In this document: in pieces, positions 1 through 13,014 of the stretch
Position numbering within the stretch: the stretch's first letter is position 1
Layout of the letters: every line of letters starts with the position of its first letter
Assembly (NCBI GenBank): GCA_001687465.1
Contig: LVLI01000084.1
Span: 124,001 to 188,000, forward strand
Reading direction: 5' to 3'
DNA length: 64,000 nucleotides
DNA from: Halocafeteria seosinensis
Lineage: Eukaryota
Position numbers and translations under genes: made by a program
The notes under the pieces: generated by a model
Databases searched by the model: none
The model's input: only the letters and a program-made list of their open reading frames with translations
What the model was told of the DNA's origin: nothing

Positions 1-653
1 AATTTTGACCAAGGAATGTACAGGAGATCTATGTGACTCGAAAAAATTGACAACCATGTGTTACAGTGGTACGGGATTGATTGTGTCGCGCATTCCGCTC
101 CGCAGGAATTCCGGAATGGGACTGCTCACATGCGGGCCAGGAACTCCTGCCAGGAAGTTGACACCGCAACCTCTAAGCGAGGAGTAGTATTCGCTCGTGT
201 TAAGCAGCGATTGAACTACAAATGTTAACCAGTACCCTTCCAGCGGTCAATCTCAATGAATGAACATGTGTCAGAATCTGTCGGACTATTCACACTGCGA
301 GTTCGATACGAACAAGCAAGGAAAAGAGGAGAGCAGAAAAGAAAACACAAAAACCTGGACGATAGAAAGAGGCCAATAAAGAGATAGGCAGTCAACGCTT
401 AGCTGATGAACTGGATGAGACTGGTCCACAAGGTGCGTGTTATCATACTGCTTCACGTCTATTGCGTGTCTATGAGACATGCGACAAAAAATGCAGGGTG
501 GTTCTCTTTCTCCGGATTCCAGATTCATTCGAGACACCATTCTTGAGCTTGGAGCGTCCTCATTGGCTCCGGCAAATATATGCAGCAGTAGTGACTGAGA
601 ATTTGCTCATTCCGTGATGAACAAGTTGCTTACGCCCATTTTAGTTATATATC

Positions 654-2529
654 TTAGAGGATAGAACACCGCTCGCTGTGAACTCTCTGAGGTTGTGCGT
701 TCGTAGAAGTGTAAGGGTCTTGGTTCCAATCTATTCGACGAAAACGCCGTGATACAAACTTTTTCAATCTCTGACCCTTGGGTAGTTTTCGAGCTCGTCT
801 TACGAGGCGCAACTTCTCACGGGGAACCGCGGAATCTGTCAGCATTTCTTTTCCGACCTGCATCGAAATAAACATAATTGAAGGTCAAGATGTAAGTTCA
901 AGTCTGTTTGACACATACTATGTAATTGGCCCCATTGAGACGGCGCGCTATTTCAGTCACGAGCCAAGGGCTTCTCCCATACGAGGACGTGCATTTCAGC
1001 TCCACTCCATCGCCCGCTTCTAGTGGCTGCCATGACAATAACAGACACAGACATAACCAGCGCGTTATTGTTGATGGTGAACAATTCTAATGGAAGGTAA
1101 AACGACTGCTTGAACCTACCTCAAAGTGTGATTCTTGCCGAGGCGGCCAGCGTATGCGATCACGTGGTACCCATTCATCCCAAGTAGATTCGTCCCACAT
1201 TTCGTAATGAACTAAATAAATATCTTCATCCTCGTCCTTATCTATGATGAAAGCAGTCCACCTGCACACAGGGAACTCGGACTTGTTACATAATTGGTCG
1301 GGTTCCAGATGGGTCCAGTTCTATCATGAGCATACCATGCTAAGCCCCGATAGGCCACGGTTGAGTTACCATTCACAAGATTAAAAGATCCCTTCCAGCA
1401 CACTTCTACCTGATCACCCCGTTCGGGACTGAGGACTCGTTCTCTATACCGCTCGTAGAAATCATGCGTCAGCGGTTCGACGTTGAATCTGCGAAATACA
1501 CATGCATCACTTTCACTCTCCCCCAAATTCTCGACTATCTCATCGCTATGCAACACACCTTTGAACATATAGGGGCCTCCATATGGCGTTAGCCCTCGCC
1601 AGCATCAACATTGTCTTACTTGCCCCGCTTAACTGAAGGATGTCCTTCAAGTTTAGAAACGAAGCAATATGTATTTGTACCCCTTGGGAAATCTTATGCC
1701 AGAATAGGAATTGGTCCTTTGGAGTTGCGATTGGCTGAGTCTCTGCTAAATCCAGCGCCGATATATTTGGATTGTTGTTCTGCCTGTGTCTGTTTTTCCG
1801 CAATGCCTTGCGTATTTTGAACGAAAAACTTCTGGATGGATGTGTAGCGGAGGCTTGTTCATCCTCTAGGCACAGGCCAGTGTAATCCATTGAGCAACTG
1901 CGAAGCTTTGCCCGTGTTTGCGCTCTTCCTCGTAAGCCCTTTTTTCCCCCAAAAGTTGAATTTGAACTAGCTGAGTTCGAGCTAAAACGATTGTGTCGTT
2001 GTATTTGTGTTGCTTCATTCGCTCTCTCGGCCTCCATTCCCGAAGCATGATGATAAGGGGAGGATGACAGCGGATCTACGCATTGCGAATGGCTGTCGGT
2101 AGACAAGTCTGATTCGCGGTTATCACCGTATGAAGAAGCCGATGAGGCGGTGGCTGGCCTTGGATCAGTTCCTTGCTGCGGGCTCTGTAGGTGGGACCCT
2201 TCAAAGTATCCTGTGTTGGTTTGCGTATTCAGCCGCGGCGTCGACGGCTCGGCCGAGCGCGGCGAGAAGGGGGATCCAGGGTACACGGACGACGCACTGG
2301 CTAGTTCACGGGACAAGGATCTTCCTCGATGAGAAACATCGATTTTCCTTGCGGGAGTGTGAAAAGACAAAGCCGTCCGCGGTTTCCGACTGACGGGCGG
2401 GGTTCGACAGCCGTTCGCTCGTCTCGGGCTCTCATCGCGCTGCGCTGGCGGAGGATGAGGGACTAGACTATCATTGTGATCATCCAAATGGAACTCCCGG
2501 TCCATGTCTGTATAGCCGTAGTGATCCAT
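654..2529 (-). CDS. F-box protein with disordered N-terminus and two C-terminal Tudor/Agenet-like domains (5 exons)
   Basis: F-box-like VQIHIASFLNLKDILQLSGASKTMLMLARANAIWRPLY. Tudor-like GDQVEVCWKG...YLVHYEMWDESTWDEWVPRDRIR and a second unit GDGVELKCTS...VPREKLRLV. GT-AG introns at 1489-1558, 1262-1335, 1027-1119 and 858-918 join the ORF fragments in frame. Confidence 0.75.
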
Positions 2530-4103
2530 CTTGGCTTCTCACAGAACATGAAATGGCAAAAAAGGTTCCAAGGGGGAATCGAGAGGGACACGGGTTAGCC
2601 GTCCTCTGTTTGAACCAGACGGAAACCAAAGGCGCAAGGCCTCTATTCAAAGCACTTTCGTGTGCGTTGGCTCCACATACGTACAGCGAACACTCTCACC
2701 ACTCCGTTCCAAAGGTCATTGGAGCACCATACGCTATGACAAGTCCGTATGACGCACAGTTCTGCAGACAACCTGGCAGCCATGTTGAAGATTCTCGACA
2801 AACTGCTTCAACTTCAACAAGGGAAAGCAGCTGCATTGTACAATATCGATGGTGAAAAGAGATGCATCAGTGTTGCTTGAAAAAACTGGAAGAACTTGTA
2901 CTGGACGGCTAAGCTGGATGCTGTCCGAGTTAATGTGTTCTACCAGATCTTTTTGTCGGTATCTCCGCACCGATTTCAACCAACCACCGAAAGTGCCACC
3001 AACGTCCCACGCCCAGCACAAGCTTGGACCTTTCACCAGATGCAGTTGTACTGGGTTGCGAGTGCAATACGGTTTAAAAATCCGAGTATCATTATCGTAC
3101 CGGAAACGCGCACAATCTGGATCTGAAACCGATCAGAGGAATGCTGTCCTAAGCTTTGCTTACAGGCTACAACCGTACTAAGAAGAATATAGATACAATG
3201 CAATGCAAGTGCACCCGCCGAGCTCAGATCGCAGGTTTTGTACCCTGCGCAGTCAGTACACCAACTGACTGTTGTTGTACATATTTCATCCAGACATCGG
3301 ATCATTAACTCCTACCACTGGTACTGCCAACAATATGTAAGGGAGTTATTGTCGACTGAAACCTTTGGTAGTCGCTAGCTTGAGTTGAAGCGTCGCAGCT
3401 ATTGAGCGACGCAGCTTCTTAATACATATTCAATCATTCAATAGTGGTCGGTTCAACCGAGGGTGTAGCAGGAGTACACTCCTTCATTCACGCGCCAGGA
3501 TCACACAACTCTATTCCATGCCAAGTTGCGGTTGCAGGTTTCGGTCGAACATGTGTACCTGGTAGGTTTTCTGGCTTCTCCGGTTAGGCCAACGAATTGC
3601 CAGAAAAGCACCGGGCTCCCGCTGGGGAACAACGGAGATGCGGAACTTTCGAAAGCTGATGACGGCCAAACTGGCTGTCACGTTGATGCGCCACCAAGAT
3701 GTTGGAGCGTTTCCGGGTAGGATTCATCCCACACACGGCCTAATGTAGCCTGTAGACAACACGTCTTCCGGTAGGAGCAATCCTAATACACACCTGACCA
3801 ACTGCAACCCCATCAAGTCCCCCACCACCCCGACCGGGTAACGGACTTCTGGGGGCCAAGTTCAGAAGTTCTGGCTAAGAATTCCAGGACCGCCCATGCA
3901 ATGCATGAAGCATCTAGTGGTTGATTGTCTTGTCTACTGGCGTCGCTGTCTTCTAAATGGGATCCCGAAAATACGACGGTAGCGAGCCTCCGTAGAGTAG
4001 GGTAGGTTTTTCTGCATGCGAGCTACGAGGTCGTGCGACCGGCGGAATGGAGCATTCCATAATTCCTAATTATACCGTACACGTCCAATAGGTCTCTCGC
4101 GAG

Positions 4104-7100
4104 ATGTCTGCGCAAGCACCGCACATATCTGATAACGAGCTTCCCGGGGGAACCAGGCAGGATGAAGGGCACAAGGAGATCCCAGCGAGCGAGAAAAAAA
4201 GTGTTGAAGGCCCCCAGCCGACCGTTTGGCAAGCCATTGACGATTATGACGACGAGGAGGAGGAAGATATCGAGATGGAGCATGAGGATACGCAGTATGC
4301 CGAAGACTACCTAGAAGCGTCGATGAAAGAGGAAGGCTTCCGAAACAACTACGAAAATGCCGAGGAGCACCTGGACCACCGAGTGCTGAAGCTGAACCGA
4401 CTAACTCTCAACATACAGACGCATAATGGTCAGAGATTAGTGTACAATCCCCTGCTGAATGAAGCGTTCCGAAGGAGGAACGCGGACCGGTATCGCGTCG
4501 CAGTTCGATGGTCAACGCTATTGGTGGCGGCAGCTAACCTGATGGCTATTCCGTATGACCGAGCGTCGTTTAGCGAGGATAAGTTTTTACTCATGCTGTT
4601 TCTGCGCCTGGCTGTCCTTCCCGTGTTATTCGGCGTCTTCATATTTACTTACATTGAAGCCTTTCGGAGGAAATCGGATTGGCTGACTATACCCACGTTC
4701 GTGGTCGGAGCCGTTGTGGTGGCGTACACTGTCATTTCCAGAGAACCAGGTAAGTGACTCGGCTTCCTATGCATGTTGCAGGATAAAGACTCTATTCCGC
4801 TGATTTTATTCACGCAGGATATGGGATAATAGCACTTATGTTTGTGTACTTGTTTAGCTTCACTCCATTGTCCTTTTGGCGAGTGCTGTTCTTAGTACTT
4901 TGTTTTGCTGTCGGGCTAGCTGTTGGCATCGTTTTCCTACCACCGGAAGATATAACGTCATCTAGACTCATTGACGTTTTTGGAGTGCTATTTCTTTTCT
5001 TCGTCATCGTTGGATTTGTTGGGCACTCACTGGAATACTCTTTGAGAAAGAGTTTCCTGGACGAGTATGTTATGAGAGCTGAAAGTGATGTTCTTCAGCA
5101 CGAGAGGATTGTTTCTCAAAAGTTGCTACGGTCACTTCTCCCGGGAACACTAATCAATAAACTGAGAAAAGGAGATAGTGATGTGGTTGATGCGTTTGAG
5201 TCTGTGACCGTGATGTTTTGCGAAATATGTTCGTTTGCTCAGTGGTGCGGAACCCCCTACTATGAAAGCGACGCGAATGGATGTCCGGCGCTAGTACGAG
5301 ACAAACTGGAACCCAGCACCGTTGTTAATGTCCTAAACATTGTATATAATACATTTGACAAAATCATGGATGAATTTCCATTGTTGCACAAAGTGGAAAC
5401 GGTGAAGGAAGTGTACATGGTGTCTGGGGGCTGTCCCAAACGGACTCCGCGCCACGCGGAACACGTAGCCAACATCGCTCTTCAATTTTTAGAGAGTATG
5501 CCTGAAATTCGTTTGAAAATCTATCAAGAATTAGGGATAAATGTCTCCGACTTGAAAATCAGGATAGGCATTAACAGTGGCCCTGTAGTCGCGGGCATCG
5601 CGGGGATTCTACAACCGAGATATAAATTGTTTGGAGACACTGTGAATACTGCTTCGAGAATGCAATCCACTGCCGATGCAGATACTATTCAGTTGTCGGA
5701 GAGCACCAAATCCCTTATTGACGAAGGGTTGCCATCGTTTGATTGCACGTATCGTGGAGAAATACAAGTGAAAGGCAAAGGCACTATGCGCACTTGGCTT
5801 TTGGAGCAAAGGACGACGAAGGGGCGAAGGAGAGAAAGATTTGGCTCGCACTCAAGGAACACTAACCTGAGAAAAGGAAAAGGAAAAGGTAGACTCTCTG
5901 TTCCTGATACTATTTACAAAGGGAAGAGCTTACTCGACCGCGGCCATATCGATCCTGTTGCATCTGATCATTCGAGATCGAGAACTTCAGAAAGTGATGA
6001 TTCGATCGAACCGGATGGGTTGCGGCATCAGCATAATCAAAGCAACGCGGTAGGTGGGGACTATCTTCCGAGTAGCGCATTCGCGGCTGAGCAAGGGCGT
6101 CGTCGAAAGAGTGACACGTTGACTTGGATGAAGAATGCTGTTCGGCAAGTAAGAGATAGCATCACCAGGCCACGCAAACGGAGCTATGATGATGCTGGCA
6201 GTGCTGCTGGAGCTGCTGAGAACGATTGGACAGCGCCTCGAGACCTGTCGAGCCCTGGGCAACAGGTGGAATCCTCCAGGTCTCCCCGGTCACCGAGGCA
6301 CCCGCGGAAGTCAGCCCCTGAATATGTAACGTCGCGTTCGCGGCACAGATTGGGGTCGGAGCTAAATCAGTCCCCTCGCAGAAGGTCGGATCACGAACAA
6401 GGACTCACGCTAGGCTCTCCAAGACGAGAAGAAAATGGTGTAACGAACAATAATTCAAACTTTCCTCTCAATTCAGTCGAGGGCGCCCAGAGAGAACACG
6501 AGGGGAGCTCATTTGGCTACGCCAGCAACATACGTTGGGTTCAAAACACCGGCTCGGAGAGCAAAGAAACGGGAGCTGACGAAGATTTCTCGCACGATGC
6601 ACCCTTGCTTCAGCTCGAACAATTGTACACCGGTACAGTTGATGCCGTGCAGGAGCTAACACGACATCCTTCTTTTAATTCCTTCGGGAAGCGTAAGAAA
6701 ACCAGGTACAACTTACGCCAGCAGAGTTTTACGTCACTAGGTGAAAGAAACCGGCATGTTGAGAAAGCCGGCCGCGCCATGTCTTCCACGATCGATGAAG
6801 ATACCGCGGAAGCAATGGGTAGCTCAAGAGGTAAAACCAGAGCAACTCGTTCGTACCAAGACTTACATTCCGAAACTGCAAATCAAGACCAAGATGCCGG
6901 CACAACAGGAGCCAGTGATAATGTTGTAGGTGTGCCTATGGAGAAAGGAACTAATGAAGCCCTCGACGGCAGCGGCAACGCTGATGGAGAGTATAAAGAA
7001 ACCGACGATCAGGGCTTGGAGAATTCGTTGGTATCCTATTTGGGGCAACAAAATCCCGAGCGGGATGTGGGAGGCAAACATGAGATTCAGGCACCTTATT

Positions 7101-9835
7101 CCTTTTCGTCGGCCGAAAGCGAGGTGAATGATGACTGGAGTACAGCTAAGTCAGATTCCAAAAGAGATATAGAATCCCAGCTTTCAGACGGTGCGCTTCC
7201 TCATGATAGTCATGTATTTTCGCAAGCAACATTGCATGGGAGCAGTGTGTTTTCCCAATCTCATAGGCTGATCTGCTTCCGTTTTCGTCTAAGAGAGGAT
7301 ACTACCGCGTGGAAAGCAGAGTCTTCTTTCGTACGCCGCAAATGGGCAGGATGGACTGCGTTTGCGAGAAATTCGGCAATTGTTGCTCTAATTGGTGTGG
7401 TGGCTATATTTGTCCGCGATCTTGTCGTCCTAGAGCTTGGAGAAACAGTGGAATCGTTCAGACTCAGCAACTATATCCGCTTTGGCTTACTGGCTCCTAT
7501 TTTGGTGGCGTACCTGGGATTAGGGTATGTTAAGGCTATTACACAACAGTATACGTGCTTTCAGGCTTTTACTTTGTTGGTTTTGATGGCAGTAGCGGGG
7601 GGCATAATCTCCATTACACTTCTTGGGGGCGACCCGGGGTTCGGGGTCTTATCTGTTTTTATAGTGTTTGGGATGAACATTTCCTTACTGGCTTTCGGAT
7701 ATCGTTCTATCGTTATGGTAACAGCAATCGCAGTTCATGTCACGGGACTGTTTAAGCTCGAGTTTGATAATTCGGAAACAGATTCAACGACGTCTTCTCT
7801 TCGTCAGCTGAGTTATTTACTTGTGTTCTTCGTTTCTCAAGCAGTGCCGATTTACGTGGTGGAGTATTACAACAGAATTAACCACCTCCGCACCATTGCG
7901 GCTGAACGCCAGCGCCAGTGGCTTTCAGCGGAAGAGAAACAAACGAACGCGATAGTCAAGAATATTTTACCCGCAGAGATTGCTAGTAAGATTAGTGATA
8001 ACTTACGAAGTGATAATCTGCAGGATGTCATGGCACAGTGGCATAACGATTGCTCCATTCTCTTCACTGATTTGGAAGGTTTCACCGCGTTTTCTAGTAC
8101 CGTTTCTCCGAATGCATTGGTTAATTTCTTGAACATACTGTTCAGTACGTTTGACAGAGTTACCCACAAATACGGCATTCAGAAAATTGAAGTTATCGGA
8201 GATGCCTATTTTTGTGTCGCTGGATGTCCAAGAGGAGTGCCAGATCATGCAGAGAGATGCGCGAACGCTGCTATTGAGATGCTGGCATTCATGCCCAGCT
8301 TGCGACGGGTCGCTGGTGCTAATATCAAGATGCGCGTCGGAATTCATAGCGGCCCGGCTATTGCTGGAGTTGTCGGAAAGAAAGATCCCCGATACCACTT
8401 GTTCGGTGAATCGGTGGATAAGGCCATGAATCTGGAAAGCTCCTCGAAGGCTGACCAAATTCATATCTCCCGGTCCACATACGAGCTGATTCAGGAGCGC
8501 CAATGTCGTAGGATGGAGGTATTCATCAGAGCGGTGGCTTCTATTCATCGGGCTCGTGAGAAGATAGCGGCCAAGTATGTGGCCGGAAAGTCAGCTTGTA
8601 GCTCGCTCTTCCGTCCCGCGGCTTCTAGTGTTTCCGGGAAAAGTAGGAACCGACGGAAGTCAAAATACAAGGACGGATATGTACGCTGCCGCACTGGGGT
8701 CTTGCAAAAGACGAAAACGTTTCTCCGACAGCGACACACACTTATGCCGTCGTCCAGTAAGCAAAGCCTCGCAAATACTAAAACGGCTGGTTTGGACTCT
8801 ATGGAAAAACTATCGGCATTTCGAGGCGTAGTAGACGAACATCTTGCCGAAGAGTTCGTTGACAAAATTACTTCGGCTTCAGTATCCGAGCAGCGAGGTT
8901 ACACTGGTACGTTTGGAAGGAACAGTGACGTCGATGAATGGGTATACGGCGACAATCGGGGCGAATTGATTGAGGTACAACTTTGGAGGCCAGACAAAAC
9001 GTTTGTCGGGTTCGACATTGAGGGCAACGCTGTCATGGCGCCGCCAATAGAGGATTCTTCCTTCCATGGTCCGTGGGGTGTCCCAACGTATCAACGATTG
9101 TTGTATCCTGAACAGGCTGTCTTTTCTGCCAATGACATTCACTCGTTGTCCGATCAACATCCTTCGATTGAGGGAAAACGGGTTGACGTCAATATGTTAA
9201 AACAAAGAACCCATAACAAGAGAGATGACGTCGAGGAAACCGACGAGATGGTTCAGCTGACATACGGATTGGTGGATCTCAAGGATGTATTACCTGACGA
9301 CTTGCGCCCATTTGGGAAAAGCGGGACACCTCATTCTCTCGCTGACAAGGTTTCCGTTGCGGTATGGACAGAAAGTAAACAAGGAGAAATACCATTCATA
9401 GAACATTCCCGTAAGCAAGACAGGAATTTTTTCAAAGTTCCGCGGGCTCGACCAGGAGAAGCTGATGAAATTGCGAATCAGGAGTACGAAGTTCGGGGGT
9501 CACCAAGGTGCACCAATCCTGAAGGGAAGAATGATTTACCTCCATCAAACAACAGTCAACAAAATGGCGAAGATGGCACGCACAAGAGTGAGAATAGTAA
9601 TACTGTACAGTCGGCGATGAGTGCTATTTCCTATCAGCAAGAAGAAAATGGGTTGGAAAAACTGTGCGAATCAATGAACTGCCCCGTGACACTAGCGAAT
9701 AGCTGGATAGAAGATGCATGCTTCCATGCTGGAGGTGGATTTTTCACAATGAGGATCAATAAAAGTACGAATGGAGAGGAAACCTACTTTTTATCGCGAG
9801 GCCTGCCGCCAGCGGTAGTCTTGGACAGCTCTTAG
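4104..9835 (+). CDS. Class III nucleotide cyclase, 6TM-C1-6TM-C2 topology, probably guanylyl cyclase
   Basis: Two 6-helix hydrophobic blocks. Cyclase motifs VTVMFCEI/KVETVKEVYM/RIGINSGPVVAG/PRYKLFGDTVNTASRM (C1) and SILFTDLEGFT/KIEVIGDAY/RVGIHSGP/PRYHLFGESVD (C2). Intron 4750-4817 joins ORFs 4104 and 4838. Confidence 0.93.
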
Positions 9836-9994
9836 CCAATTGAGTGAAAGCGCCTGGGTTTGTATAGTAGCGTACCTGTGCCTCGACGATTTCAATAGAC
9901 TCCGCTCGTTGATTGTACAAGTTTCACTATAGTATTTAAAAGATACCGCCCGCCAAGCTCCATTCAACAATCCAATAATGAAGAGTATTCATTC

Positions 9995-10996
9995 CTATCT
10001 TCTTCGGCTGGATCGATCGCGATCTCGATCTTTGTGTCTCGAACGCTCGCGGCTCCTGGAACGCTTCCGATCGCGTCTATCACGACTGCGGCTTCTAGAT
10101 CTACGGGAACGATCGGGCACTTCATCTTCGTCGGGTTCGTTTTCGCCTGCGTGAGGCTGATCTCGCTTCAATTTCCTCAACAAGCGGCTACTAAGGTATT
10201 TGGCGTGAACAAAATTGCAATAATATCCCCGCGGACAATTTCCTTCGTCAAATTGTCGACACCTTGCTTCTGCGAAATCTGTGGCATTCGTCAGTTCACC
10301 CAAAATAAGTCTCCCAGCATAAAAGCGATTCTGAAGTCGGTTCTTGCATTCATCAGCATCTTCCTCTCTGTAAAATTTGACGTAGACATTGCCCACCATG
10401 TGGTCCGCCAAGTTATCGCAGACCATCATGTCTTCTATCTCCCCGTACTTGGAGCACTCCTCAAAGACATCAATAAAGAACTCTTCAAACTGCAAATCAG
10501 AGGCAAACACAGTATATATCAAAACATGCACGCACTTGCGAGGAATCCACCAATCCAGCGGGATCCCGGTTCCTTTCTCGAGTTCTAGCTCTCAATCTAG
10601 TCTCTCTGGCGAGTAAGAGCACCAACAAGGGGCATACTTACATCTTCATGAGCCTTTTTCTCGTCAATGGAGTCGGGATCTCTCCCTTGTGCCAATACAT
10701 GACCCTTGGGATTTTCATACAAATGTGTGAAGAGCACTGTTGTGCTCAAAGAAGGCTGTAGATGATGCCGTCCACATCGCGCTCCATGTCGACAGGATCC
10801 GACTTTAAAGTAGAAGGGACAATTTACCCTGCAACAAAGAGAAAGGAAAGAGAAAAAAAGATGAAATAAAACATCGTTTTTACACAGGGGAAGCCAAGGG
10901 GGCTCCATCGACCCCTCGGGGGACTTACCGGTCCTGCTCGGACGCAAACACCTGGGTGAGGCCGGCCGCCCCACCTCCATGACGCCCACGGGGCAT
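9995..10996 (-). CDS. U2AF1: Splicing factor U2AF 35 kDa subunit
   Basis: FASEQDR|VNCPFYFKVGSCRHGARC CCCH finger, UHM (VCDNLADHMVGNVYVKF), second CCCH (CRQFDEGNCPRGYYCNFVH), RS tail. Introns 10829-10928 and 10490-10641. Confidence 0.96.
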
Positions 10997-13014
10997 TGCA
11001 CACCACACTACACTATCACTGTACAGGGAACAGATCTCTTGTTCTCCTCCTGCAATGCAAAACACCACGCTGAAAGCATAAAATTACCAACAATGCCGGC
11101 GCAATGGGGGGCTTAACCGGGCAGGGCCCCCCTGGTCCGGGTGGTGGTCCGGCCGGCGTGGCCACACTTCGCTGGAGTACAGTGTACACAGTGCGTACAG
11201 TAGTATGTTACTACTAGCTAGCGCCGACTGCTGACGCAGTCGACGTACCTAGGGATGGGTTCGTCGGAAGTGCATGTTCAACGATGTAAGGTAACTGTAG
11301 TGAGTGCTAGGGAAAGTTCCTACTGTGACTAGAAAGTAGAGGTTAAGAACTTTCGACAGCAACTTGAGCAACTTGGAAGTACCGAAGTAGCTGTGAACCC
11401 TGTACGATAGGAATGCTAAAAAGCATATGACATGTGTCACATGAACCTCCGCGTATCGGCAACCAATCGTAAAGAGAGCCCAACCTCTGTTACAATATAG
11501 TATATCATAGTTTTCTCTAAATAGAAATTTTAACGATTAATTCATCAGTTCTAAAATTGTTGTTGGTAAGGTCAGTGGATAGATATAGTATCCTGAAAAA
11601 TACATGTGAACTATCGGCATTTAACCGGCATTTAAGGTTCCTTGTTTCCATTTTTCTTTTAGTTCTTAATGTCATCAATATCGGCAGCGTGATAACTTCC
11701 CATAAAATGGCTTTATTCTTTATCCTATAAGTAATTTATCACATAATTGACTGCGTCAATGAACTATACGTTTATATTTTGTTAAATGACTAAATTTATT
11801 AAAATTTCGAGGGCATTATTTCTTCCAGTAGGAGCAATACTACGATTGTAATACACACATTGGGGAAAGAAATCGTGTGGGTAAGCTCTGGAGACTGTAG
11901 CACACTTCCTCGAAATTCGCCAGGCACTGCAGCAAAGAGCGACTACATAGGCTCTGCGATTAAGTAGACGATCAAAAAGCCGTCGGCTTACTTGTATTAC
12001 TGAATTCATGTTTCCGAAATGCTGTGACAGAGACAAGACGACTACAGTATGTAGCGGTACCAAGACTGTTACACGCACTTTCCCGTACGGGAATGACGTC
12101 TCTCAGAGCAGAAATGTAACAGTTCCACCGCTAATTTCCTGCGATAATATGGGATATCGTTTTCGGAAAAATAAAATGTCATATTCAACGCTTGTCTATG
12201 ACTAGCGAACAATATGACGAAGATACCGAGTGGATCTCAGGCGTACCGTCGGCGCCGATCGAGGACGTTAAGAGGAAGAGTGAAGGAGCAATTGATCGAG
12301 AATAAATACGATCACCCTCCACTACTGTATCCCTTCTGCCTCTCCATCAAAGTGGACATAATGCTCTGTGTGACCCGCGTACGATACGACATTTCCCCTT
12401 GTGAAGTTGCTGAGAAACTTCTTCACGAGAGACGTCATGGAACATAAAAAAGCAAACAACCTTGGTAAGGGGTAAAGGCGGACGCCCGCAAATATCATTC
12501 AGAGCAAGAGCGAATTGAGGCCATGCGTGTAACTTCATTCGTGCGATTCAACGTAGTATCTTCGAGAATTGCCTGCACGCGGAACAATCTGCTCGTCGTT
12601 CTGGTGCAGGTAAGCTCCGGGGCGACCATCCTCGACCTCTCCCTGTTTGTTTTGCGCCCAAAGGCACTCACACACTAGCTCAGCCATGTGATCTTTGCTA
12701 TGGTGTCTCTTACATGAACAAAATTTATATTTTGACCCAGAACCAATACAAGCCCTCTACTGTTGTCCTGTACCAAATAAGGCTGCACATCATTGCACAT
12801 GTTACACTTCGGATGCGGACGGTGTTGATACTACCTACTAATTGTAATCGCTTCTACTAAGTGTGAATGGAACATGTATTCAACTCAAACCATCAGTCAC
12901 AAGACAGGTGTGTTTCAGGATCTCACTCTACTATAACTTGTAAGTGAGCTTGTGTGCAAACGGATATAATAGTTTCGGCAAAGGAAGGACGTTAGACGCT
13001 AGCCTCTACTGCGT

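Noticed and set aside
2560..3950. Short overlapping ORFs between the F-box and cyclase genes
   Set aside because: No family motifs or coherent splice model.
10034..10588. 184-aa plus-strand ORF
   Set aside because: Antisense shadow of U2AF1, like many shadow ORFs over the cyclase, TTC21B, Sel1 and dynein genes.
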